DNA of 62,990 bases, counting the filler, from Octopus bimaculoides (lineage: Eukaryota): NCBI RefSeq assembly GCF_001194135.2. It is 4 parts of 4 records of this genome, joined end to end, with 100 filler letters (N's around TTAATTAATTAA, not from the genome) between each part and the next. Parts side by side here need not be neighbours in the genome. Positions count along the whole stretch, not along the records: positions 17,108 to 43,392 come from NC_068989.1; positions 43,493 to 59,733 come from NC_069009.1; 2 more parts are not named here. The stretch is one strand, 5' to 3'. Positions within the stretch are counted from its first letter, which is position 1. Every line of letters begins with the position of its first letter. Both the position numbers and the translations under genes were made by a program. Shown in pieces: positions 38,008-50,424 of the stretch. The notes under the pieces are model-generated. The model saw only the letters and a list, made by a program, of their open reading frames with translations, made no database searches and was not told the origin of the DNA.

Positions 38008-38440
38008 TAACTCTTTTGTTACCATATTTCTGTTGAGATGCTCTGTGTTTCTTTCAATTAATTTTAAATATAACAAAGAATTTAATATAATAACTTAGTT
38101 ACTATTAAGATAGTGTTAGGAATGTAAATTGTGGCAAAGGTTTGGTGGAAGATTTTAATCCCAAACTTATGAAAGCAAGACATTTGTACTACAGATCCAG
38201 AGACGGTTTTAGCTGGGTTGGTATCAAAAGGGTTAAGAATTGTTTCTCTATTATATATTCTAACCCTTTAGAATTTAGTAAAATAAGATTTAGTAAAATA
38301 GTTATCATTAAGCTAGTGTTAAGAACATAAATTGTGACTAAGGTTTGGTGGAGGATTTTAATTCAAAACTTATGAAAACAAGACATTTGTGCTACAGAGC
38401 CAGAGCTGGTTTCAGCCGGGTTGGCAACGAAAGGGTTAAG
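38008..38440 (-). mobile_element. piggyBac-like MITE (38008-38237) plus adjacent older partial copy (about 38260-38440)
   Basis: Both end in ...aagggttaa. The first is nearly identical to 17108-17336. Confidence 0.8.
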
Positions 38441-39637
38441 ATGACCAACCAACCAAAAATATGCATTATTAGTAGAGATCTAGCTATCATAGGATAATGT
38501 TGCTTTAATGTTGGAAATATACTTTTGGCAGTATCAGTAACATCAGGTAATGTTTCATAGGAATGATATTATAAATTTACATTTTACAAATTTCTTGGTG
38601 CTTATACAATATAATAAAATTAATCTAATTTTAAAATATTAAGATTTATTAAGTTAAAACAAGATTAAATAAAACATACTTTTCTTTGTTGCAATAAATA
38701 TTGTCATCATTAAATATAATACTGTTTAATTAATACTCTGATAAGGGAGTGCAAAGAAAGTGTTTCACAAGAATTCCAGAATTTTCTCCTAAGCTATATT
38801 TTTACTAAGTAAATTAAATATGCAAATTTATGCTTTTCCTGTACAGTTTCTCTCATTTTGTTGTTTCATGAAGCAATTATTTGGAAACCTTTACACTTGC
38901 TTTGCAGCCACATGGTTTTGGGATCTATCTTACTGCATGGCGCCTTGGTTGACATGCCTTATAAATGAATTTGGTAGATGGAAATTGTGTAAACGCCTGT
39001 CACATGTCATCATCCTCATCATCATTGTTTAACGTCCGCTTTCCATGCTAGCATGGGTTGGACGATTTGACTGAGGACTGATGAAACCAGATGGCTACAC
39101 CAGGCTCCAATCTGATTTAGCAGAGTTTCTACAGCTGGATGCCCTTCTTAACGCCAACGACTCCGAGAATGTAGTGGGTGCTTTTACGTGCCACCGGCAC
39201 GAAGGCCAGTCAGGCGGTACTGGCAATGGCCATGCTCAAAATGGTGTATTTTACGTGCCACCTGCACAGGAGTCAGTCCAGCGGCACTGGCAACGATCTC
39301 GCTCTAATGATTTTTCACGTGCCAGCATATATAATCCATGGTCTAGGTGATGGAAACCTCCGAAGAAAAAGCCTGAGGAGTGCTGTTCTTGGTGTTGTGG
39401 CTCAAATGTGCACCATATTCTTGCTATCGTCACTTCCAAAATGTGTGGCTGGTTCTATACAAGCCTTCAACACTCAAATCAAATCATGTGTGGGTTTTCT
39501 GATAGGTTATGTCCCTCTAGTTTTCCGCTCGTATTGCCTCCACTTAAATTATAGATTGGAACTTAGCTCAACTTGAGCACTTCGATTCTAGCCTGTCTCC
39601 GAGTATTGTTAATTAATAACAATATCTATAAAATAAT

Positions 39638-39957
39638 ATACTGGCGATCTTACGGTACGAGTCCTAAATATCGGCCTTTTCCGTAAAAAGTGTTGGAGAG
39701 AAACAGAGAAACGACGTCATAAAAGTGAAAGACATACAGAGAGCGCGATTTATTTTGAAGGGTTTACGGTTAGGGTTATGGTTTGGGTTGGGGTTTGGGT
39801 TTTAGGGTTTGGGTTACGGAATTCCGTCCCTCACCGTAACCCTAAACACTAACCCTAAAACCCTAACCCTGACACTAAAACGGTAACCCTAATACTGTAG
39901 TGAAGATCGGGCGGGTGTTACGGAATTCGGCGATCTTTGATAAAGATCGCCATATTC
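39638..39957 (+). mobile_element. Non-autonomous element with subterminal inverted repeats, 3' hairpin and inverted telomere-like repeats (HINE/Helentron-like by inference)
   Basis: tggcgatctt at 39642; perfect hairpin ggcgatcttt-gat-aaagatcgcc at 39929-39951; the core is shared with 25114-25274. Confidence 0.7.
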
Positions 39958-40390
39958 AAAAGTTAGGCAGAAAAGAGTAATGTAGACAAAATCTGGGCAA
40001 AAACATAACAGATAAAAAATGGAGATTAAAACATGATACAAGGAACATTCGCAGCTGATTTTCTCAGCAATTGGTTTCCAAGATGTCTTATAGATGAAGA
40101 TAGATATGGCCTGTTTATGGGCTTACCCTGGGTTCCTTGTCCATAAAGCGCTTAGCTTTATAGTGTTTCTTCGGATCCTAAAACCTTTGACCTATGACCT
40201 TTCTAGAAAAAAGGAGGCGGAAAAGACTTCATTACAATGTCAACAACAAGAAATTATCTCCCTTTGACTGTCTACTGTACTTGACCCAAGTTGGCTGGTG
40301 GGTCCCAGGATGCCAACAGGAATTTCCTGAAGTGGTGCAAGCAGGATCTGAATTAGTTGAATAGACGAGGATACTAAAGGACTCTCTCGA

Positions 40391-40445
<55 letters not shown>

Positions 40446-40864
40446 CTAGCTGGCCTTGTGCTGTCAAAAATGATGGTTAATTGTAGTATTTTATATATAA
40501 ATAAGATACAAAATAAGCATGGATACAAACATTAACATGACTCCCTTTATATATACACATATACTCACACAGAGTTGAAACGATGTTTGACGGGGGTGGG
40601 TCCCGCCGTAGAGTGAATATGAACACTACCCCATGAAATTTGTTCTCTCTTTTTTGGTTCTATATAATCCACTTACAAGACTTTGGTCGGCCTGAGACTA
40701 TAGTAGAAGAGACACTTGCCCAAAGGGACATGCAGTGGAATTGAACCCAAAGCCATGTGTTTGGGAAGAAATCATCTCACTACACAGCCACACCTGCGCA
40801 TATGTGTGCATATCAACAATACCAATAACAGTAGGCTCACAAAAGCACCCAGCACATAAGCGGT

Positions 40865-41050
40865 GAGTTGGCAGAAATGCTAGCACACTGGGCGAAATGC
40901 TTACCATTATTTCATCTGTCTTTATGTTCTGAGTTCAAATTCCGTCAAGGTCGACTTTGCCTTTCCTCCTTTCGGTGTCGATAAATTAAGTACCAGTTAT
41001 GTACTGGTGCCGTTCTAATTGACTGGTCCCCTCCACCAAAATTTCTACTT
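40865..41050 (+). mobile_element. tRNA-derived SINE
   Basis: gagttggcagaa head, B box gagttcaaattcc, gtcgactttgcctttc.tcctttcgg.gtcgataaattaagtaccag tail. Confidence 0.85.
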
Positions 41051-42725
41051 AGAGTAGAAAAGAAGCACCTAGCACACTCCGTTAAGTGGTTGGTGCCAGG
41101 AATGGCATCCAGCCATAGAAAGCCATGCCAAAACATACAGAGAGCCTGAACAGCCTTTCCAACCCATGCCAGCATGGAAAACGGATGTTAAATGATGATG
41201 GTGACGATGATGCGCATACTGCCACTACATACAAACTCAGTGTAAACACACAGAGGGAAAACTTTCAATATGCATTATGTACAGTATGCACGTACACAAA
41301 CACTACATGTTTGTGTTAGTCACAGTACAAATTCCTGCTCTATTTTAAACACATATACATACATTTTATGGGCACACATGTCTCAGTTCTGATAGACATT
41401 GTCTTACACATCCAGATGCAGACAGATGCTTATAAACACAGAAGAAGCACATAAACACAAGCCGAGCACGTACACAACACACACACAAAACACAATGCCT
41501 GAACTCTGTAGACAAAAAATATCTACAGAAGTGATGTAACCTTACTGACACACGGATGCTATTTAATACACACACACAAACTCACATGCTTACACATACA
41601 CACATACATCTATGCACAAACATCTACACATACGCCTACACACACGCACATCTGCACATATGCATATGCACATGCGCGTGCACACACACCTACAAAATCC
41701 AGACATCCAGAACCCAATTCCGTCATCATTCCTGTTCAAACCAATCTGAGTCAGACATCCCCCACCCTGCAACCATTGCTACCAACAACTGGAGTGACAC
41801 CACCAACTGCCACTGCCGCCNNNNNNNNNNNNNNNNNNNNNNNNNNNNNNNNNNNNNNNNNNNNNNNNNNNNNNNNNNNNNNNNNNNNNNNNNNNNNNNN
41901 NNNNNNNNNNNNNNNNNNNNNNNNNNNNNNNNNNNNNNNNNNNNNNNNNNNNNNNNNNNNNNNNNNNNNNNNNNNNNNNNNNNNNNNNNNNNNNNNNNNN
42001 NNNNNNNNNNNNNNNNNNNNNNNNNNNNNNNNNNNNNNNNNNNNNNNNNNNNNNNNNNNNNNNNNNNNNNNNNNNNNNNNNNNNNNNNNNNNNNNNNNNN
42101 NNNNNNNNNNNNNNNNNNNNNNNNNNNNNNNNNNNNNNNNNNNNNNNNNNNNNNNNNNNNNNNNNNNNNNNNNNNNNNNNNNNNNNNNNNNNNNNNNNNN
42201 NNNNNNNNNNNNNNNNNNNNNNNNNNNNNNNNNNNNNNNNNNNNNNNNNNCACCCCGCCCACCTCTCGTTGTTGTTGTTGTTGTTGTCGTGGTAGAAGGG
42301 AATTATTGTCAATAAAGGTCTAGATGTCATATAAATACATCTGATAGATAAATTCATCTGTAAGATGAAGAAAAAATTCAAATACAAATTTCCTTATCAT
42401 CATCATCATCTTCATCATCATCATCACCATTGGCAGCATTGTTGTTATTATTATTATTATTTGTATTACCATCATTTTTATTATTATTTTATTATTGTCA
42501 TTATTTTTATCATTTATTATTATTTGGCAAATAAAAGAAATTAATATTCCTATTCTTTTATTATTATTATTATCATTATCATTATTATTATTATTAATGT
42601 GTCAGTATTTTTTCTTCCCTTTTTTTCACCTTTTTTTCCCTCCATTTTCTTTCTGATGATGAACAGATAAAAAATAAATGTAGAGACAGGGAGAGAGAAT
42701 AAGAGAGAGAGAGAGAGAGAGAATA

Positions 42726-42771
<46 letters not shown>

Positions 42772-42781
42772 NNNNNNNNNN

Positions 42782-42824
<43 letters not shown>

Positions 42825-43234
42825 CAAGAAAGGATGGGGGTGAGATGCTACCTAGGGCATGGAATGGTCTATATTCCTCATATTGTGACATGGAATGTCT
42901 ACAACAAAGTCATTTTTCCCCCCACCCCATTTTGTTTCATTTTGCTTCCTCTTATTTCTTGGCAATTTTCTGTCTCTCTGCCTATTCTCTGAATCCATCA
43001 ACAGGATTCCTTAACACCCTTGCGTTTACCATTCCCACCACCAATAACCATGGTTCACCATAACCTTCACAATCACATCCACCACAACCTCCACCACCAT
43101 CACCACCACCAATGTTATAGCCACCAACCATCACAGACCCAACACAAGTCAAAGAACGCAAAATTTACCGAAACTGTTTAATCATAGCTGCCCCAACCTA
43201 TCTGAGAGATCTTTTCACCAAATTCATATTCATA

Positions 43235-43272
<38 letters not shown>

Positions 43273-44299
43273 TATAAGTGATTGATAAATGTATGCATGT
43301 ACAACCCTGTATGTGTAGATATCCATTTATGTGTATGTTTACATATGTGTGCATATATGTGTCTATGTATGCGTGTGAGTGTTTTTATATATNNNNNNNN
43401 NNNNNNNNNNNNNNNNNNNNNNNNNNNNNNNNNNNNTTAATTAATTAANNNNNNNNNNNNNNNNNNNNNNNNNNNNNNNNNNNNNNNNNNNNTCCTTCTC
43501 CGCCTCATCATCCTTCTATTTCCCCTTCTTCCACTTCTTTTTCTTCTTCATCTCCAGCATCTTCCTCAATTTCTCCTGTCTTGTGAACAGTATTTTATTG
43601 GCGATAGATTTTTAAATATCAAATTACTTTTAAGCTCCCTCACACGTCTTCCACCACACTATTAATCTCTCTCTAAACATGTGTGTTACGGTTTGTGAAT
43701 GTCTGTGAGTGTGACTGTGGGTCCATTACTGAGAATTGGTATATATGAGTGTGTAACAATTAAATGGAAAATTTAGGGCATGCATAAGTTTGTATGTTAT
43801 TATACATATCTGTCACATTATACATAGAAAGGTGAATGGGACTGTATCACCTTTCAGCTTCTCCCCTACTTCTTTCCTTTATTTAATGGTTTTATTTTTT
43901 CTTCTTGTTTTCTTCTACTTTTAACTTTACTTTTCCTTCTATATCTTATTATTCTTCATATACTTCATCATCATCATTGTCATCCTCCTCCTACTCATCA
44001 TCATCATCATCGTCGTCGTCGTCGTCGTCGTTGTCATCATCATCTTTATCATCATCATTCTGTACTTTTTCTTCCTTTCCTTCATCTTCATCTTCTTTAT
44101 TTCTCCTACTTCGCCTTTGTTATATTGCTCCAATTTAGTTCTGACTAGGTATCGAACTACGATCGGTGACTTTGCTTTGTTTACTAAATGTATTTGTATT
44201 TTGTTAATTTGTACAAATAATAGTTCTTCTAATTTGAATACTGCTTTGTTTAACGCGTTTTTTTTTTAGTATATTTAGCTTACATGTTCACTCCATTAT

Positions 44300-46113
44300 T
44301 TAGTTAGTTGGCGTTCAAGTTGGCATTCGAGTGGCATTCGAGTAAATTGATAATTCTGTATTAAAACATAAGAGTTATTTCGGCAACGAGGATGAGATCT
44401 GCGGTTTCATTTTATCAGCATTGCTTACCGTACGTTAGGAAATGGAAAAGCTTGTCGAACTTCTACAACAACAAATTTCCATTCAAGAGTTCAAGAGAAA
44501 CGCTTGGAAGATCAAGAACGCCGTTACGAAGAACAAAGTAAAGAACAACATCGCCGTCATGAAGAAGAAATGAAAGTCTTACAAGAGATGACTGGTAAAC
44601 CTTCCACAAAGCTGCGTTTGAGTCGGTCATTTCTACTTCTCAAGTTTCCACGCCCAGTTTTTCTGCATTCGATTCTACTACGCAGCTATGGACTGACTAC
44701 TGGTCAAGGGTTTGCACTTTTACCAAGGCACATTCGGTTCTTGACAGTAAAAAACGTAACGTTTTCCTTATTAATCAAACTTCTACTGTGTACAAGTTGT
44801 TATGAAATCTGGCGGAACAAGAAACACCGCTAAGAGACACCAATTATCTTATGGTGGACCAAATCTCTGACTGTATGAAGCGACAATTTGATTCGAAACA
44901 ATTTGTTGTGCATGAGAGATTTCGCTTCTGGAGCGACATGAAGCGCAAAACGAGTGATTCAATTCAAGAATTAGCAACTCATATTCAGCAGGCTACTGCT
45001 AACTGTGATTGTGATTTTACGTCAATCAAGGATCCTATGGACGAAGCGTTGTGAACACGTTTCATTTGCTCAGTCAACAACGAAGCTGTGTTAAAGACGC
45101 CGATGAACTTACATTCAATCCAGCCATCACAGTGGCTATTGAGACAGAGGATGCATCTAAAGGAATTGTTGCTAAAGAAACTGTCTACGGTTCTATTCCT
45201 ATGCAGGTACAAACGGTTAAATGTTTTAAATCTAGAGGTAAAAAGATAGCCAGTGTTAAACCAGCCGAAGACAAGTCGAAATGGAAGTGCTACCGCTGCA
45301 GGCAAACTCCTCATCTTGCTCCCGATTGCCGTTTTAATAGTGCTAATTGTAATTATTTCAAGTTTCAAGGGCACTTCAAAGTCAGTATTCTGGAAGAAAC
45401 CACGGTTGCAAAATCCTAGTAGTACCGGTAATACAGTAAGAAGTCTAGAAAATTGTAGCCTTTCTACTGTTTCTGGTAATTTTTGCAGGGTTCTGTAATT
45501 ACTTGTTCCAGTTCATATCCGTTCCGAGCTGGTGCACATGGCGCTGGACACTGCGACAGGAGGAAACTTCATTTCAGAAGAATCATAGTCGGAATTGGGA
45601 AAACCTGACCTTCAACCAGCAACTTTGCAGTATCAGTCGTCTAGCAAACACGCTCTTCCGATCGTAGGTACTTTCGTGGGTCAAACCAGTGTTGAACCCC
45701 ATGCTGATAAAAGTTGTGCCATCACGTACCATGTCTCCAAAGTTCAAAATTTGAAATTATTAGGACGTGCTGCTATTACGAAGCTAATGATTTCAATTNN
45801 NNNNNNNNGGACGTGCTGCTATTACGAAGCTAATGATTTCAATTGACGATCCTCTGTTTTCCGAGGGAATTTAACATGGAAGTAAAAGTGCTATCTTCTC
45901 ATCTCCACGAAGTAGATGCACATTTGCAAGAGGCATGTTCGCAACTTTGTGATGTATATGTGGAGTTGTTGAAGTCAGAGTTTGACTGTTTTCAAGGTTT
46001 CGAGCTGGATGTGCAATTTAAATCCGATGCCAAGCTTGTTTTCTGCAAGTAAATGTCTGTTCCATTCGAGTGGCATTTCAGTAAATTGATAATTCTGTAT
46101 TAAGACATAACAG
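44300..46113 (+). mobile_element. Internally deleted Gypsy/Ty3 LTR retrotransposon (gag, protease, start of RT)
   Basis: LTR 3' end repeated at 44324-44374 and 46063-46113; PBS-like tcggcaacgagg at about 44380; gag FDSKQFVVHERFRFWSD; zinc knuckle CYRCRQTPHLAPDC; protease MALDTATG; pre-RT ELDVQFKSDAKLVFCK. Many stops and frameshifts. Confidence 0.9.
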
Positions 46114-46844
46114 TCTCTTTCTATTCTCCTTCCTCTTCCTATTCTCCTTTATATTCTTTTATCTTCTTCCTAGTTTTCCTCCTTCTTCTCCTCCTCCTTT
46201 TCCTCTTCCTCCTCCTCTTGCTCCTTCTCTTCTCTTTTTCTTTTCTTCTTCTTTTCCTTCGTTTATTCTACTTCTTTTACATCTTCATGCATTTCTGAAT
46301 TTCTCCTCTTTTTCCATCTCATTCTTCCACTTCTCCTCCTGTTTCTTCTTCTACTAAACATCCTTTTTGTCCTCCTTTTTCTCGAACCTCTTCCTCCTGC
46401 TCCTCCTCCTGCTCCTCGTCCTCCTCATCATCATCATCATAATCATCATATTTTACTCCTCTTTTCTTCCTTTTCTTTCTTTATTTCTTCTTCTTTTTCT
46501 TTTTCTCGGCTCATTCGTCTTTTTATTCAGATGCACAATCTTTACTACCATCATCATAATCAACAAAATCATATTCACCATCACAATAAACATGGTAATC
46601 TCCATCATTATCAAAGTAATCAACATTAACAGCATCACTCCTCGTCAGCATCATAACATCTTCGTCATCAAAACTACCGCCATATTTTCTTCTCTTGTGC
46701 CTCATTTACATATTCGCCGCTACAGGTACACTTTGATCCTACTATCCTTTCCATCTCGTCCACCATCAACGTCTTTAACAATAATATTTAATATTATGTC
46801 ACAAATCTTTTTCTTAAAGATCTTAATATATTTTTAAATTTCAG

Positions 46845-46916
46845 GGATTTACAGGATAATAACATCAAGCAACTCAAACGAGAAACCTTCCGAAATCTGT
46901 CCGAATTAACAGATCT
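46845..46916 (+). CDS. LRR exon (DLQDNNIKQLKRETFRNLSELTDL) of an LRR-ectodomain gene
   Basis: tttcag acceptor, GTAAGT donor, 72 nt, phase 2-2, typical LxxNxIxxLxxxxFxxLxxLxxL consensus. Confidence 0.9.
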
Positions 46917-48143
46917 GTAAGTTGAATCTCTCTTCTTTCATTGCATTGTATCAATGACATCATTCGAAATCTATATTTTCCCATTCTTCATTTAAGTCCC
47001 CACTCCCATCTTTCCTAATATGTGTTCTATCGTTTGTGAATCTTTATGTGAGTGTTGACCCGATTCTGAGATTTGGGCTATATGAGAGCCTGCTATTTGA
47101 GGGGAAACATTTAGTGCATGCATGTGTATCGATCACAGTATACGAGTGTATCAACGTGTGTGTGTAATTCGTTGTGCATTCTATGTTCAGTGGTTATTTC
47201 TAGATCAATGCCAAATAACATTCCTGAACATCCCTTGCGCTAATATGTTTACACCTAGTCATACACATACGTTTTTTATAATATTCTTTATTGTTATTGT
47301 TGCTGTAACTGTTGTTGCTGATCTTTTTCTTCTCNNNNNNNNNNNNNNNNNNNNNNNNNNNNNNNNNNNNNNNNNNNNNNNNNNNNNNNNNNNNNNNNNN
47401 NNNNNNNNNNNNNNNNNNNNNNNNNNNNNNNNNNNNNNNNNNNNNNNNNNNNNNNNNNNNNNNNNNNNNNNNNNNNNNNNNNNNNNNNNNNNNNNNNNNN
47501 NNNNNNNNNNNNNNNNNNNNNNNNNNNNNNNNNNNNNNNNNNNNNNNNNNNNNNNNNNNNNNNNNNNNNNNNNNNNNNNNNNNNNNNNNNNNNNNNNNNN
47601 NNNNNNNNNNNNNNNNNNNNNNNNNNNNNNNNNNNNNNNNNNNNNNNNNNNNNNNNNNNNNNNNNNNNNNNNNNNNNNNNNNNNNNNNNNNNNNNNNNNN
47701 NNNNNNNNNNNNNNNNNNNNNNNNNNNNNNNNNNNNNNNNNNNNNNNNNNNNNNNNNNNNNNNNNNNNNNNNNNNNNNNNNNNNNNNNNNNNNNNNNNNN
47801 NNNNNNNNNNNNNNNNNNNNNNNNNNNNNNNNNNNNNNNNNNNNNNNNNNNNNNNNNNNNNNNNNNNNNNNNNNNNNNNNNNNNNNNNNNNNNNNNNNNN
47901 NNNNNNNNNNNNNNNNNNNNNNNNNNNNNNNNNNNNNNNNNNNNNNNNNNNNNNNNNNNNNNNNNNNNNNNNNNNNNNNNNNNNNNNNNNNNNNNNNNNN
48001 NNNNNNNNNNNNNNNNNNNNNNNNNNNNNNNNNNNNNNNNNNNNNNNNNNNNNNNNNNNNNNNNNNNNNNNNNNNNNNNNNNNNNNNNNNNNNNNNNNNN
48101 NNNNNNNNNNNNNNNNNNNNNNNNNNNNNNNNNNNNNNNNNNT

Positions 48144-48705
48144 TCTTCTTCTTCTTCTTCTTCTTCTTCTTCTTCTTCTTCTTCTTCTTCGACTTATCCT
48201 TCCTCTTTTCCTTCTTCTTCTTCTTCTTCTTCTTCTTCGACTTATCCTTCCTCTTTTCCTTCTTCCTTGACTTTTGGCTTTGCTTTGTCTTGTCCTTATT
48301 TTTGTCCTTGTTCTTAGTCTTCTTCAATTTCTTTTACTTTGTCTTATTCTTCATTTCAGTGCTGTTGCTCCTTTCTTTCTTTCTCTTTTTCCATTTCTTC
48401 TTTTCCTCTTTCATCTTTCGCCTTCTTGTTTTCTACTTCCATCCTTCTTCTTTTACTGCTTCTAAGTTTTTTTCTTGTTTACTCCAACTTCTAACTTTCA
48501 TTCTTCTTGTATTTCTTGTTTTCCTTCATGTTCTTCTTCTTCTTCTTCTTCTTCTTCTTCTTCTTCTTCTTCTTCTTCTTCTTCTTCTTCTTCTTCTTCT
48601 TCTTCTTCTTCATTTCCTTCTTCTTGTTCTTGTTCTTCTTCTTCTTCTTCATTTCCTTCTTCTTCTTCTTCTTCTTCTTCTTCTTCTTCTTCTTCTTCTT
48701 CTGCT
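48144..48705. repeat. (CTT)n-rich polypyrimidine tract
   Basis: Long TTC runs. Confidence 0.97.
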
Positions 48706-49065
48706 CTTCGTCGCCTCGTTCTTCTTTTTATTAAGAGGCACAATCTTTAATACCATCATCATAATCAACAGCATGAAACATCACCACCAACATCACTTCA
48801 ATATCAAAGTAATCAACATTAACGGCATCACCCCTCATCAGCATCATAATATCTTCGTCATCAACACAACCGCCATATTTTCTTCTCTTGTTCCTCATTT
48901 ACATATTCACCGCTACACCATGACAGTCAACAGCCTGGTTATCAGGTATATCCTGATCCTATTCTCCTTTCCATCTCGTTCACCATCAAATTGTTTAACA
49001 ATAATATTTCATAATATGTCACATATCTTGTCCATAAAAATCTTAATACATTTTTTAAATTCCAG

Positions 49066-49137
49066 AGATTTGCGGGAAAATAATATCAAGCTCCTCAAAG
49101 CAGAAACTTTCCAAAATCTGTCCAAATTAACAGATCT
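49066..49137 (+). CDS. LRR exon (DLRENNIKLLKAETFQNLSKLTDL)
   Basis: ttccag acceptor, GTAAGT donor, 72 nt, phase 2-2; a duplicate of the 46845 exon. Confidence 0.9.
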
Positions 49138-49744
49138 GTAAGTTGAATCTGTCTTCTTTCATTGCATTGTATCAATGACATCATTCGAAATCTATTATAT
49201 TTTCCCATTTTTTCTAATATGTGTTCTATCGTTTGTGAATCTGTATGTGAGTGTTGACCCGATTCTGAGATTTTGGCTATATGAGAGCCTGATATTTGAG
49301 GGGAAACATTTAGTGCATGCATGTGTATCGATCACAGTATACTAGTGTATCAACATGCGTGTGTAATTCGTTGTGCATTCTATGTTCGGTGTTTATTTCT
49401 AGATCAACGCCAAATAACATTCCTGAATATCCCTTGCGCTAAGTTTAGACCTACGCATACACATACATTTTTATAACATTCTTTATTGTTTTTGTTGTTG
49501 TAACTGTTGTTATAGTTCTTCTCCTTTTTCTCATTCTCCTTCTTCTTTTCTTCTTCCTTCTTTTCTTCTTCTTCTTGTTCTTTTTCTACTTCTTGTTCGT
49601 CTATTTGTTCGTCACTTTTTTCTTCTTTTTCTTCTTTTCCTAATTGTTTTTCTACTCCACTTCTGCTTCATTCTTTTATTTTTATCCTCCCTCTTCTTTT
49701 TTTCTTCATTTGTACCTTCTTCAACCTTCTCATTCTTCAAGGAG

Positions 49745-50150
49745 AAGAACGAGTAGAAAAAGTAAAAAGGAAAAGAGGAAAATGAGAAGTAATAAAAAGA
49801 AAAAAAGAAGAAACACAAGAAGAAGAAGAAGGAGAATAATAATAATAATAATAATAATAAAAAGAAGAAGAAGAAGCAGAAGAAGAAGAAGAAGAAGAAA
49901 GAAGAAGAAGACGGAGAAGAAAAGAAAAAGCAACAGAAGAAGAAAAAAGGAAGACGAAGAAGAAAAGAATAAGACAAAGAAGAAAACAAAAAGAAACAGA
50001 AGAGAAAGAAGAAGAAGAAAGCGAAGAAGAAGAAGATGAAGAAGAAGAAGATGAAGAAGAAAAAGAAGGCGAAGAAGATGAAGAAGAAGAAGAATAGGAA
50101 GAAGAAACGGAAGAAGAAGAAAAAGAAGTAGAAAAAGAAGTGAAAGAGAA
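49745..50150. repeat. (AAG)n-rich polypurine tract
   Basis: Degenerate GAA/AAG runs. Confidence 0.95.
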
Positions 50151-50185
50151 AAAGACCATCATCATCATCAGCATCATCTCTCTAC

Positions 50186-50218
<33 letters not shown>

Positions 50219-50353
50219 TATCATCATCACCATCATCATCATCGTTTTGTTCTTCATCAGCATCCGTTTACAGTCCTTCTCCTGAGTCATCTAATTATTT
50301 CGCTATTATAATTAATATCTGTTCCGAAATTCTTTACATATTCTTTTCAACAG

Positions 50354-50424
50354 AAATTTGTATAACAATGCAATCAACAATATTTAGGCGGCATTTTCCA
50401 GAACTTTTTTACTTTAACAGAATT
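50354..50424 (+). pseudogene. Dead LRR pseudo-exon
   Basis: ttttcaacag acceptor then NLYNNAINNI[ta]GGIFQNFFTLTE. It is 71 nt (one base short, creating an in-frame TAG) and has no GT donor; the flanking intron resembles the live cassettes. Confidence 0.7.

Noticed and set aside
45763-45845. Exact 36-bp direct repeat around a 10-N gap in the Gypsy protease region
   Set aside because: Contig-end overlap duplicated across a gap; assembly artefact.
47122-49141. Long ORFs (375-609 aa) and other X-rich ORFs at 9.9, 30.5, 35.2, 41.5, 54.4 and 55.8 kb
   Set aside because: Open only because N runs and simple repeats lack stops. The only real coding piece is the LRR exon at the end of the 609-aa ORF.
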